From: Nitrospirales bacterium
GTDB lineage: Bacteria; Nitrospirota; Nitrospiria; Nitrospirales; UBA8639
Direction of reading: 5' to 3'
DNA: 64,000 nucleotides
NCBI GenBank assembly: GCA_965203295.1
Contig: CBDBCZ010000018.1
Span: 2,336,001-2,400,000 of the forward strand
Shown here: positions 26,730 through 39,639 of the stretch, in pieces
Layout of the letters: every line of letters starts with the position of its first letter
Numbering within the stretch: the stretch's first letter is position 1
The notes under the pieces: model-generated
Told to the model about the DNA's origin: nothing
What the model saw: only the letters and a program-made list of their open reading frames with translations
The model's database searches: none
Translations under genes and position numbers: made by a program

Positions 26730-27580
26730 TACTCCTTTTGGGGCGAGCGTGAATTACTATTTTTTTTTGTATCACTCCTTTTATGGCGAGTTTTTATTTA
26801 TTTATTTATACTATATACTCTTTTTGGGACGAGCGTGATTATTTCTTTTGTATTACTACATGTTTTGAAACGAGCGCGAGCGAGCCCCCCTCCCGTCCGT
26901 GCGCGTGGACTATTCCGTAAAAACGTTAGCATGCCTATTTCAAATACTGTTGTCACGCGTTTCCACTGCTTTACTCTTATAATCCTCTGCAACATGAGCG
27001 TGCACTCTGGAGAGAGAGAATGAGTGACTTGTGTAGACAGCGCTACAAAGGAGTGCGGCCGAAACCCCTGTGGAGAAGGACAGAAGGCTACAGAACGAGC
27101 GAGCACGGCGAAGGCGGAGACTGTTGGGTGAGTCGGCTGAACGCGGCTAGGGAGGCTAACGATTGAACGAGCGCTTACATGTGCGCAGGCGAGAACGCAG
27201 GGTAGCAGCGCAAGGGCAGAGAATGATGAAGTCCCGCGATGCCTTGAACATTGAGGAGAAGGTGGCATGTCTCCTGTGCAGAGTAGTCCCTCTCTGCAGT
27301 CGTGTTTATCAGTAGCTTCTGAACTGCCTTCAAAGACTTGTCATCATCATTCACAACAGCAGCATACACATCCTGTGACCGTGGCTCGCATAAATTGGTG
27401 GCCGCTAACTGGTGTCGAGGTTGCAGCTGTTCTGTCACTAGACACGTTTTTAGTTTGCCTTGTCTGCAAGTCTCAAATCACCCCCACAACTGAACGACTG
27501 GGTAGATGTGCAAAGTGCGATGCCCTTCAAGCACTTAAACACTGTAAGAAACAGTGGAGCGCTAAGCTCACCTTTCTTTC
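26730..27580. mobile_element. Helitron/Helentron-derived remnant (Rep-helicase fragment on -, RPA-like Zn-ribbon/OB fragment on +)
   Basis: ORF 27175..27438(-) contains EPRSQ...KSLKAVQKLLINTTAERDYSAQETCHLLL, recognised as a Helitron2/Helentron RepHel motif. The plus strand has CLVCKSQITPTTERLGRCAKCDALQ (CxxC...CxxC). Reiterated gggcgagcg motifs lie at 26730-26890. Confidence 0.7.
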
Positions 27581-28012
27581 ATAACACTCATTGATTCCGA
27601 TCTGTGAAGGCCTTTTCCTTGACTCTGTTTGGTAATGGTTGCTGCCTTGTGCTCTTTATTACATGGAAGAAATAGGTTTACATGATGCTATAGATACTTA
27701 TGCATACTTAGCAACCACAGTTAGTTGTACAAGGCAATAACTGTTACACTATGTTATAGCAGTTGTGATAGAGACCCCCACCAAACATTGTCAGGGCATA
27801 GACAGTAGAGTAGAAGGACAGGGATTGGAAACTCAATTAACACATAATATTGCACATTTTGTACTATTTGTATACTACTATTCTACTCTACTATGGTCAG
27901 GGAATCTAATTTACAGTGCAAGACTCTATGTCAAAGACTTTCAATGTCAATGGCTATCACTTAACGTCTAACAGCAAAAAATGTGTCAGAGACTAGCTAC
28001 TTTATTTTGTAG

Positions 28013-31000
28013 CAGGGGCGTAGGAACAGGTCCGGCAGACCCGGCGGCCGCCGGACCAATGTTACGGCGGTAACCGGCAGAATGAGATCTGTCAGACTTG
28101 TATTGCTGTAGGATACACAAACCTGAATGATAAGGTCCAGCAAAACTACTGCAGCAGCAGCGTCGGATCGTGTATCGAGCGATAATAGCTGGTCACGTGA
28201 TGCCACGTAGCACTCGTGCACAGGGCGTGCTATATTATATCAACAACGTAAACTGCAGTGACTGTGCGTACCCTGACCTGGTAAGCGCAGCAGCATGAAC
28301 GTATTATCATAGATTTATGGAATCATATCATCATATCGCCTCTCTCTTTACCGTATATTATTATAGCTTTATGCAGCTGAAACTTCAAAGTCATTTTGAC
28401 TGTGATTGCATGAGTGAACCACATATTCACACCTTCACTGCATAAAGGCAATGATATACTTGTCACTTCTACTGGCTATGCTTCAAATGCCTTTCTGTAG
28501 CCGGACCACATTTATATAAGGGCTGCATGTAAGACTATTATAAATCATTCCAGAGTTGAACTATAATCCACTGTTATTCCTGTAGCTATAATAACTGCTA
28601 TAGCTATGGACTGCATGACTCTGACCATCCAATTATAGCATATTATGAATTATAAATCTTTTTATACACAGCTACAATTCTATACAATAGCTATGGCATT
28701 GTCAGAATTCCCAGAAAAGTTTCATCCAAGGAGGTCTTTCAAGTTTCCAAAACGCAAATTTTGGCAAGAAAGGAGAAGAGAGGTCCTTTAGATCAGAGTG
28801 GTGTGAAAAGTATCCATGGCTCCACTATGATGCTGAGCATGATGCAGCCTTTTGCCACCTTTGCATGAGGACTGCTCATGAAGGCAAGTTTGTAGCCAGT
28901 ACAAAACGGGATCCAGCCTTCATCAGTAAGGGTTATACATATTGGAAGGAAGCAACTTCTGCCTTTAACAAACACCAGGCCAGTGACTGCCATCGGGAGG
29001 CAAATGAGGCTCTCATAGTTCTTCCCAAACAGATCCGTGGAGACATTGGTGAGCTGCTAAGCCAGCAGCATCAAGAAGAGAAAGCGACCAACTGAAAGAT
29101 GCTCTTGAAGGTTCTTCAGAACATCCGATTTCTTGCCCGTCAAGGTTTGCCACTGAGAGGTGGTGATAGTGATGCCGACAGCCATTTTATCCAGCTCCTG
29201 TACCTTCGGAGTGTGGATTGCCCTGAGCTCAAACCATGGATGAGCAAAAAGAGCAACAAATACACATCTCCCCAAATTCAAAACGAATGTCTACAGATCA
29301 TGGCGCTGCAAATTCTTCGGAAAGTGAGCCAAAATATTCGTGATAGTGCATGCTTTACGATCATGGCTGATGAGTGCACAGACATTGCTAACAAGGAACA
29401 GTTCACAATTGTCATTAGGTGGGTGGGTGAGGATCTTCAAGATCACGAGAGCTTCGTTGGTCTCTACCAAGTGGAAGGTATCAATGCAGATTGTCTGGTG
29501 AGCACTATCAAGGATGCTCTTCTCCGCATGAATGTGAAGCTGTCTGATTGCCGAGGCCAGTGTTATGATGGAGCGTCCAACATGTGTGGTAGCAAGAATG
29601 GTGTGGCCACCCAAATCATCAAAGAAGAGAAGCGTGCTGTCTATACACACTGTTATGGACATGCCCTGAATCTTGCTATCGGTGACACGATCAAGCAGTC
29701 AAAGGTGTGCCGCGAATCCCTGGAGACGGCATTTGAGATCAGCAAACTGATCAAATTCTCCCCGAAGAGGAATGCAGCCTTTGATCGTATTAAGGCAGAA
29801 GTCACACAAGAAGATTCTGGCAGTAGTGTCAGCATTAGAACATTCTGCCCTACAAGGTGGACTGTTCGTGGAGATTCCATTTCCAGCATCCTCGATAACT
29901 ACAATGTCTTACACCAGCTCTGGGATGAGTGTCTAGAGAATAGGTTAGAGCCTGACATAAAAGGAAGGATAATTGGTGTCAGGACTCAGATGTCACAGTA
30001 CAAGCTGCTGTTTGGACTAAAGCTTTGTGAAAGGATCTTGAAAATCACTGACAACCTTAGCAAAACTCTCCAGAAACAATCCCTGTCCGCTGCAGAAGCT
30101 CAAACCATTGCAGAGATGACTGTGAAGACATTGAAGAGCATAAGAACGGATGAAGCATTTGAGCTATTCTTCCAGCTGATGGAGCGTCTCCGTGACAGCA
30201 CTGACACAGAGGAGCCCTCACTGCCAAGGAAACGAAAGGCACCAAAACACTTAGAAGTTGGTGATGGGGATGGCTACCACAGCCCTACAATTCAGGACCA
30301 CTACCGCCAACAGTATTTTGAGGCTATAGACCTGGCCATCTCCAGTATCCAAGATCGTTTTGATCAGCCCGGTTATGCTATTTACCGAAACCTTGAAGCT
30401 CTGCTCCTAAAGGCAGCAAAGAAAGAAAACTATTTTGCCGAGCTCAAAGAAGTCATGGACTTCTATGGAAATGACTTTAATGAGAGTGAACTATCAACAC
30501 AGCTACAGATCTTTGGAACAAATTTCACAGAAACCCAGTGTAAAGCCACCATCACCCTAAAGGAAGCACTTACTTTTCTGCAGTGTCTTTCTGAGGGTCA
30601 GCGGGCATTCTTTCGACAAGTTTGCTTTCTTGCTCGATTAATTCTGGTCTTGCCGGCAACAAATGCAGCAAGTGAGCGATCCTTTTCCACAATGAGGAGG
30701 ATTAAGAGCTACTTGAGGAGCACCATGGGCCAGGGAAGGTTAAACCACCTTATGGTGCTCAACATATACCAAGAAATGCTGGATGAGCTAGACCTTAATG
30801 CTGTAGCCAATGACTTTGTTCGAGGCAGTGAACACCGACTTCGCCTGTTCGGTAATTTCTAAGTGAACTTCATCATTATGATAATAGTGTAACAATGCAA
30901 TTCATGGTTCAATACAGTTTGGCAACTACCTGAGGGAACTTTATCATTGTAACACTTTGGTCAAACTGATTGCACAGCAAGACAGCCGTATCTTGTGGCT

Positions 31001-31418
31001 GTCCTTCCGGTGCAGTTGTAACCAAAGAAAGTGGATTATTCTGGACTCGCAATTCGTTAACAGTATCATCATAAATTGCATGACTCGTTGTAATTGTCAC
31101 TATAGCACTACAGGATACAGTCGGGTGGACCCTGGTACGGCACGCGCATTTGCAGTGATGTCACAATGCGTGTGCAGTCCGATCTGAGAGCGAAGCGAGG
31201 CTATGCACGCCAAACCTTCCGTCCTAGCCTTTGTGCTTGAAGACAGTTGTCGAATTCATGCTATTCACTCCAAGATTGCACTAGAAACAATCTCAGAAGG
31301 TCCAAAAATCCAAAATTTTCATGGGGGGACATGCCCCCAGACCCCCCTAGCGGGCGCGCTTCGCACGCATTATCACAGATTCCGCCTGACCAAAGCTAAA
31401 ATGCTTCCTACGCCCCTG
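28013..31418 (+). mobile_element. Full-length hAT DNA transposon with 5-bp TSD (hAT5-like)
   Basis: 14-bp perfect TIRs caggggcgtaggaa (28013-28026) and ttcctacgcccctg (31405-31418), flanked by tgtag at 28008-28012 and 31419-31423. Contains a transposase. Confidence 0.95.
28693..30862 (+). pseudogene. hAT transposase (TTF-type Zn finger, DUF4371/ZMYM1-like core, hATC dimerisation), with two lesions
   Basis: ATG at 28693; +1 frameshift in the T-run at 28759-28762; then RSFRSEWCEKYPWLHYD..DAAFCHLC; TGA at 29093-29095; then 587 aa open, with IMADECTD, GQCYDGASNM, HCYGHALNL, CPTRWTVR and PATNAASERSFSTMRRIKSYLRSTMGQGRLNHL. Confidence 0.92.
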
Positions 31419-32371
31419 TGTAGGTCTATACAGAGGTTTGCAAAAAATACAAGGCCTAAGCTTACTCTAACGCTACAGATGAAAGGCTCATTACTGAGCA
31501 GGGCAAGCTTTCTGGTTTATACTCTGCACAGTCACTTGCAAGCTTTTGCAAACCTCTGTACCGACACGGGAGCTAATCTCGCGAGCCAGACTGTACGGGG
31601 GCTAGCTACGTACCCTGGCTGACCAAATTACAGTACAGAATGGGTACATATTAGCGAGTACAATCTTACATGGCCTGAGATAGCTTTATTCTCCCGTTGT
31701 ATGAGTGGCCAGCAAGTTTGAAATCAGTCTCTCCACCCCTCCCTGACGAAGATTCCCGACGCTTCAGCGAGGCTTTGTCCATGGCGGCGCACAAACGCAT
31801 TCATTGTGAATGAATGGGGGTGGGGCTGTCTAGACCTGTACCTGTACGCATACGCACAGTATTCAGAACTGTGTGGGCGCATAGATATTATCTACTAGGT
31901 GAATGCAGACATAGATAATAGAGTATTATCATCTATTATCTATCTCTATTTTCTATGATGCAGAGCACTGTGGGGCGAGCGAGTTCATCATGCATAACTG
32001 ACTTTGATATGATCATCATGATAATATGGAGGGATGTAGTTGAGAAATGTTAGTGTGGTTTGTACTTAATGCCTGTGAATGCCAGTGAGGCTGTACGTCA
32101 AAGTAAACGGAGGGGCAGATAGGAGGGAAGTTTCGGTGACCTATTCATCTTGCATGTGCAATGTAGACAAGTTAAGATTGGCTAATACGGCGCGGTCTGA
32201 CGTATCACTTTCTTCTATGATCTCATGTTTGGACCCAGGTTAGTTCATTATGTACATACAATAGGCACAGTGTCACATTGCAGATTGCTTCTGTTACTGT
32301 TTTTTCACACGCTCTTGCTGGCCTTTGCATGAACACGATCAGCCTAGTATGATGTGTGGGCTGGGTAGCCC

Positions 32372-33958
32372 CTCCACTGTTTCTTAAAGTTTTTCAGTGC
32401 TTGAAGAGCATCGCACTTGCACATCTACCCAGCTGTTCAGTTGTGGGGTGATTTGAGACTTGCAGACAAGGCAAGCTAAAAACGTGTCTAGTGACAGAAC
32501 AGCTACAACCTCAACACCAGTTAGCGGCCACCAATTTATGCGAGCCACGGTCACAGATGCTGAAGGATGTGTATGCAGCTATTGTGAATGACTATGACAA
32601 GTCGCTGAGGGCAGTTCAGAAGCTCCAGCATGATAAACGTTTAACACCACTGCAGAGAGGGACTACTCTGCACAGGAGACATGCCACTAACTTTCTCCTT
32701 CAACTACCAATGTTCATGGCATCGCGGGACTCAGTCATCATCCTCTGCCCTTGCGCTGCTGCCCTGTGTTTTCGCCGGCGTACATGTAAGCGTTCGTTCG
32801 ATCGTTGGCCTCCTTAGCCGCGTTCAGCCGACTCACCCAACAGTCTCCGCCTTCGCCATGCTCGCTCGTTCTGTAGCCTTCTGTCCTTCTCCACAGGGGT
32901 TTCGGCCGCACTCCTTTCTCTGTAGCGCTGTCTGCGCCGTTCCAGTGTCCGCTGTCTACACAAGTCACTCATTCTCTCTCTCCAGAGTGCACGCTCATGT
33001 TGCAGAGGATTATAAGAGTAAAGCAGTTGAAACGCGTGACAACAGTATTAGAAATAGGCATGCTAACGTTTTTACGGAATAGTCCATGCGCACGGACGGG
33101 GGGGGGCTCGTTCGCGCTCGTTTCAAAAGGGAAATTACTACATGTAGTAATAAAAAAGAGTATATAGTATAAAAAAATAAATAAAAACTCGCCATAAAGG
33201 GAGTAATACAAAAAAAATAGTAATTCACGCTCGCCCCAAAAGGAGTAATGAAATAATAATACAATAATAATCAGCAATAGCAGGATAAACGTTGTACAAA
33301 ATCTGAAATATGACTTCTACAATGTCATGCAAGTATATGCAGCACAAATGTGGCATACTCACATGAAATAAAAAAAGAACAGTTCAACGCGTGACAACAG
33401 CTTCATCACATGTAAATAGTCACGAAGAGAAAGTCTCGTCCACTTGAATCTTGACTTCCTGCTTCTAAATCAATCTTTATGCTGTTGTCCAAGGTATCTG
33501 CATTTGAAATCACCACTGATGCACTCTCTGGTAGAGCTTGTAAATTTTTATTTGGGTGCTCGGATACTGTTGAGCTCCAGCCACTGCTTGTGATGTGTGT
33601 GAGCTCACTACCTGCACGGCAGTATAAACATTATACAATAGTCAACATGACATTGAAATCACCCTTGTAGATGCAGTTACAGAAACACTATAATAGAGCC
33701 AATAACGGCTCGGTACAAATCTGACTAGTACACTCTAAAACGTTTGCATAGCCTATTTGTAGAATCTGAATGCCAGAGCTCAGTATGTATAAAACAACTA
33801 ATGCAGTATTAGCAGAATCGATGATTATTGTTTTTGAAAGCACTGACAGGCTCATGCAGTAACACTGTGCTCTTCTTGTACAGCCTGGTATTTTTCTGAT
33901 GTAACTTTGCCTTCTGGCTTCCTACCCTGGGTGGTAAAACAATGTATGAAGCTGGTGA
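32372..33958. repeat. Third copy of the duplicated unit (inverted vs 26020-27559; 33249-33958 direct vs 1-710), including the Helitron remnant
   Basis: ORF 33479..33670 is identical to ORF 231..422. ORF 32491..32817(+) mirrors 27175..27438(-) and adds LLQLPMFMASRD. Confidence 0.93.
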
Positions 33959-34384
33959 TTTTTTGTAGTTTCTCTCTGATACAGGAGATACAGCCTCTTA
34001 AACCTAAGAAAGTTGGGTCCAGAGCGCTCAGAGCCATACTTATTGACTTGCCATTCTGTTGATATAGATAATTGCTTCAAAAGCCTTCGTCAATCCCTCG
34101 TGAATATAGTGAGGAATCCTTAGAGAGCTGTAGTGGCCTAGTAAAGGCAGTGGCTTCAGCGATTTTTGGCGAGAAAAATTATTGTAAACAGCTGAAACTT
34201 CCATTACCGCTATCTAAACAAGGGAGGGGCTCACAGACAAGCTTTCTGTACTGAGTACACAACTAGTAGCCATGAATAAATGCTGAAAAGATCGTGGCTA
34301 TAGGGCCTATAGTTGCAAAGATATTCATTATTCACTCATTAGACTATTAAATCAAAGCGGGCCAGTATCCCGTAACCTTAAGGA

Positions 34385-35800
34385 TACCACACAGAGTGCT
34401 GTTTCACTGGAGGAAGAAATATCTGATATAGGTCAGGGGGTGGCACAGAGTTGTAGTATGTCGCCTATCTAATTTATTAACCAGTTGTTACATGAGGTTG
34501 AGAAGGCTGTTGATATTAAGAAGGATGTTCAGGTTGGGGGTCCAATGTTTGCCGATGATTTTGTAGGTTTAACTACTAATGCTGAGGACTTACAAACATT
34601 GAATAATGTAGTACAGGGGTTTTGTAATAAAATAATGGAGGTTGAAATCTAACATAAAGAAGAGTGCTGTTATGGTATTTTCTAAAGAGGTTGATACAGG
34701 CATATGTACATGGAAGTGGGGAGATAAAGATATTCCAGAGGTTGTAATTTACTGTTACTTGGGCATTGAATTTGCAAATATTGGTTCATGGATAGTCATG
34801 AACAGAAGGTAATAAATAGTGGAAAGAAAAAATCTACATAGGTTTTTGGTAATAGTAATATCAGTACAGTTGCAAGATGGATAATTAATGTTAGTTCCAG
34901 TACTTCACCCTCCTTTAGAATAGGGTAGTAAAGTGTGGGCTTGTAGTACATGGCAGACAGCTTCCTTGGAATTTATTCAGCTAGGAGCAGCTAAAAATAT
35001 ACTTGGCTGCTCTTCTAAAACGTGTAATGAAGCAGTATGGGGTTAGAATCTTTTGAAAGGCAGGAGGCATAGGTGCAGACTTAAGTGGTGCTATAAAGTC
35101 AGTAATTTGCATGATAAGAAATATCCTAGCTTACTAGACAGTGAGTGGTAAGAGAAATCGTGCAGAGCTAGGCAAAGGAAGACCTGGAAGAGAGTAGGTA
35201 GTAAATTGTTTCTGCAGTCAATGAATCAAGAGAGTCAGGATATATTCGCTGAAGAGTTCAAACTATTGACCGTATCTAAGCTCCCCCCTAAAAATCGTCT
35301 AATTCTCTCACAAAAATATTTCTAATGGTAGACACTCCCAGAGCACATGTACTACACTCCCACATTGCACCCCACATAACTTACACTGCCTCATCACCTA
35401 ACTCTTTATTCAGACCATAAGTACCTGAACCTAAATTTAAACATCAATCATGTTCCTGGATCCCCAACCCCTGCAAGTAATTCTATTTTTTTTTAAAAAA
35501 GACTCGTACAGCCTCAGCTTATCAGTATTTATATCTTAACACTTCATCTACCTCTCTAGGAACAAATTTACATTTGAGAGAACAGGCTTTGTTTTAGGGT
35601 GTGAGAACTGCGACAGGTATGATTTTAGGGGTGTATTAAGAGTAGTTATTGATCAGGGATACTAGGAAGAATAAATTATGTTGTGATCAAAATAATGAAA
35701 CATCTGTTTGTTCTTGCTCTTGTCCTCGGACTGCAGATCTTACAACTGTGTATGTGTGTGCGTGGTCAATGGCATACGCGCTACAACAGCGACACAAGTA
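34385..35800 (+). mobile_element. LINE RT C-terminal region and 3' end fragments
   Basis: Reads GPMFADDFVGL, KKSAVMVF, YCYLGIEF and IQLGAAKNILGCSSKTCNEAV; the 3' motif gtggtcaatggcatacgcgctac is at ~35760. Confidence 0.8.
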
Positions 35801-37329
35801 AATTACAACCTATCTGCATTATATCAGCTGCAGTTGACGTGCCATTCTTGTGATATGTACAAACCTGTGAAACAGTGTATCCCTTGCGGAAAGTACTGAA
35901 AGAAACAGAGCTACTCTTTCGAGTAGACCTAAAGGTAGAGCTGGCTTTACAGCTCGGGTACTGTGCCACACCTGAGAGAAGAAAGAGCAGGAATATTAAG
36001 CATGGACAAACCTGTCAGATCTGACAATAAAGGAGCAGGCATAAAAGGTACCCCTCTTGTTGTCTAGATGTTTTCACTCAAGAGTTCTACCATAATTTTG
36101 TTCATGGCTAGGAATGATGATGACTCCTTGTATTTACTATGTAAGGTACATGTAGGTGGTACCACATCATTGAACACATTAATTACAACTGCTTGCTAAA
36201 CCTTAGTCATCAATGTTTATAGGGGTGAGGATGTTACGAAACTAGATTGCACCATTGCATATCTTCAGTTTGAACACATACAAAACCCACCTTTTCACTT
36301 AGAACATGAAACAGGAAAATGCAAAATGTTGTAATTCGAAGTTCACGAGGAAGCCTTAGGAATTATAAAACCTTCTGTGACTTCTTGAAGGCAGAGGTTA
36401 AGTGAATCTATTGGCAAAGTAAAGATTAACAGCTACGTAGCTTGGCCTAAGCTGAGTTGTGTGTATTGTATGGGAAAGGTGTCCAGCTGGTTTTTTAGGC
36501 ATGAAATGTCAGACTTGTTTTTCTAAATAATAGGAATAGGGTAGCCATACAGTACAGAGTAAAAATTTAACCATGGATAATATAGACACGTAAACGTGTC
36601 TATGATTTAACTCTCAAGTTTAGAGAAATAGTGACTCTAAAGTATTTTTGATCTCACTTAACATGTGAAGCTTATGTGTCGTGTGACATAGTTAATCGCA
36701 AGTGGCATGAAACTGCCACCACGAACTGTCTGACAACGACAATATGGCCATGCATTCACAGATTTGTAGCGACCCAGTTCATCAAAGCCTATGAGCAAGT
36801 TCAGTATACACGCTATCTACGTACATGCAGCACCAAATTTTGCAGGTCTATGAATTACGTAGTTCAATACCACAGATGTTTTGAGAGCACAATTAAAGAT
36901 TGTGCCATAATTTTAATTTACATGTGTAATACTATTTAGGTAAACATATCAATATTATACTCTTGTTCAATTAATATTGTGCGTGAATTTAACAGGGTGT
37001 GTCCAATCAGCCATTAATAGACTGGTCTCCCTGGAAGTTCTGCATGGAATTCAACAATACCCAATAAGATACTATGGCACTGATTCTGTGGCCCCTACTA
37101 ATAAGGAGTTCATAATTTTACGGTAATACCACACTCACCTCCATACTCTCCAAGTTCCTGTGTCCTTCCGCTTTTTTGATCTTTCAGTGATGGGGATGCA
37201 GCTAGCCTAGAGTTCTGAGATGTAGTCTCGCGGGCCAGACTTTGCGAGACTACTTGAGATGGGGCAGTGTGCGCTACAGCCATGCATAGCTGCGGGGCCC
37301 CGAGATCTAGATCGGGGTCTAGAAATCAA

Positions 37330-37550
37330 GTGCCACGTGCGGATCCACGGTTCGGAAATTGCTAGCGAATCCATGCTGCTGCGAGAGTACAACACGAGCT
37401 AGCACGTGGTGTCGACCTCAACGCGAGATACCGGTATCACCATGATTTGCAGGCTTTGTTCTGACACCGTGCCCTGGGGGTGCTATAGTCGCACTGCATG
37501 CTGGCAGTTAAGAGGAAGCCTTGTCTTCGATGCGCTGAAAACGGAGCAAG
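37330..37550 (+). pseudogene. Possible decayed ankyrin-repeat first exon
   Basis: VQHELARGVDLNARY ... ENGAR followed by a GT donor; disrupted. Confidence 0.3.
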
Positions 37551-37706
37551 GTATGAGCATGCTCTATAATTTATCTATTAGCACACTACGCAATAAGATA
37601 AGAATGCAAAATAGGTTACGCACAGCCATTGCCTATTCGCTGTACTTGTACAGGCATCTTGCAACATGCACTTGCAAGGCCTCTAGACCACACGTGTTCA
37701 GGTATT

Positions 37707-38116
37707 GGGTTATTCCATTTTATACCCGTACACCCCCTATGGATGACAAAATTTCACAAAGTGGTTTTGTCCAGGGTACCAACGAGACATTTGTCCGGGG
37801 GTTCTTTTTGAATATTGGGATGTGTCCAGGGGTCAAAATCGCCATGTCCAGGGGGTGCTATACAGAAAAAACGTGTGTCTAGGGGGTTCAGCAAATAGTA
37901 ACACCATTTCGTTCTTCTTGTCCAGGGGTTCGCTGTGAAATCCAAGTTGTCCAGGGGTAAGAAATTATTATGTCCAGGGGTAACATCAAAAACCATACGC
38001 GTCCAGAGGTCAAAATCTCAGTATCCGGGGGCAAAATTATAGAATATCTTGTCCAGGGGACAAAAGGCGAAAGTTGTCATCCATAGGTGGTGTACAGTTA
38101 TAAAATGGAATAGCCC
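37707..38116. mobile_element. MITE with ~43-bp TIRs and internal tccagggg repeats
   Basis: gggttattccattttatacccgtacaccccctatggatgacaa ... ttgtcatccataggtggtgtacagttataaaatggaatagccc. Confidence 0.85.
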
Positions 38117-38316
38117 ATTCAGCAAACAGCATAATGAATGTGATTAAGCTTATCATAATTGCTGTCGCGTATGCAATCATAGAGCTAGTATATAGTCAAA
38201 AGGTGTACATCCATATCTCATTTTTATGATGAGAGTAGAGTAGAAGAGCTAACCTTCCTTCTACTTTATTCTCCATAGAATGATCACTGCATCGATTCGC
38301 TCAGAGCGTCTGGCCA

Positions 38317-38347
<31 letters not shown>

Positions 38348-39639
38348 AGGGGGAGGCTGGCAACAAGGCTAGTACGGTAAGCTAACTGCTCATAATTATT
38401 ATAGCACAGAGTGTTAAAGATGTTTCTGGGAGCAAATTTTTAATAGTTTATAACCACTAAAGTAAGGTAGTCTCACTCAAGAAATTCGCTAGCTTATTGA
38501 AAGGAAAGTGCTTGGATTACAGTACCACAATGCCCTTTTTCACCAAATTTTTTGTGAGTTATGCCTTCATTCAGACCAGTGCAACATCATGTCTCGAGTA
38601 AGACACTCTGGCTTTACTTTTATTGTGAAATATGCTGTATGGTGGACTAGATTATTCCAGCAATTAAACTTAATCCCCGTTTCTTGTTTGTGTCCCAACT
38701 GAATGGAGGAAGTCATGTTTGCACTGCAGCATTGGGGGGCTCACTCCCCAAATGCAGAAATTCATGTTTTTCTATTGCAAGCGCCAAATTCTGGGGGAGG
38801 TCTGGGATTGAGTACGCACTGCTGTATATTTTATATGTGTGTGTGTAGCCCCGTTCCCAGTCTCCACACTCCAGCTTTTTTGCTCACTGGAAAAAGTTAG
38901 TGAGGAGTGGAGACTGGGAACATGGCTAGATAGTGTGTGTGCTAAAAGTACATCCCACCATGAGACAATTTAAAACTTCCTTAATGCTGCAGTGTTACCA
39001 TGTTATGACTGATTAGATGCATGTTGTGATCGTCACATTAGATGCAAATCCAGACTTGATATTAATTAATGCATGCCTAGCTTGGCGCTGAGAGCGAAAA
39101 TAGCCTGTTTCCCAAGCCATATATTGTTTTTGACTGCCTGGCAACACGGCTAAAAGGGGGAGCCCAGTTGTACGTGGGTGGGCTCCAGGATCCAAATGAG
39201 TACTACTTAAACACGCATTACTAATCATGTGTAAGGTTTTAGTACTTATGACTGATTAGATGCATGTTGTTGCATGCTGTAGCAGCTTCCAAAGTGGGTG
39301 CGGTTTGTGATTCCTCTCTATAGCTCGATCTAGCTCTCCATGTGTCTCTGCGCGATGCCTCCCTGTGCATGCGTATGTCTAGAAGAGCCATTGGGTGAGG
39401 ACCTTTGTGCAGTATTACTATGTAGTCTTGTTAGACAAGCTCAGTCCGGTAACCAATAATGTGCATAGGGCCTGCATGAATATTCTCATGAATATTCTTA
39501 TTATGTAATACAATACTGTTGTAACTCATCATACCAGCAGGGTTGAAAGTTTAAGTGCTGGGAATATAGCTACAAGGGAACAAGTTTTATGTTTTCATCC
39601 GCATAAACATAACAGCACATGTTCTCTTTTGCCTCCATT

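Larger units (their letters stand above)
19608..26730. repeat. Right arm of large inverted segmental duplication
   Basis: Reverse complement of 1-12317, lacking left-arm segments ~3615-7018 (one repeat copy plus insert), ~7143-8240 and ~10320-11050. Confidence 0.95.

Noticed and set aside
26685..27023. Hydrophobic membrane-protein ORF (and mirror 32969..33277)
   Set aside because: The hydrophobicity comes from T-rich low-complexity DNA at the Helitron remnant end.
29099..30862. 587-aa ORF as a domesticated ZMYM1/THAP12-like host gene
   Set aside because: It lies between TIRs and a TSD, and is the 3' part of a frameshifted transposase starting at 28693.
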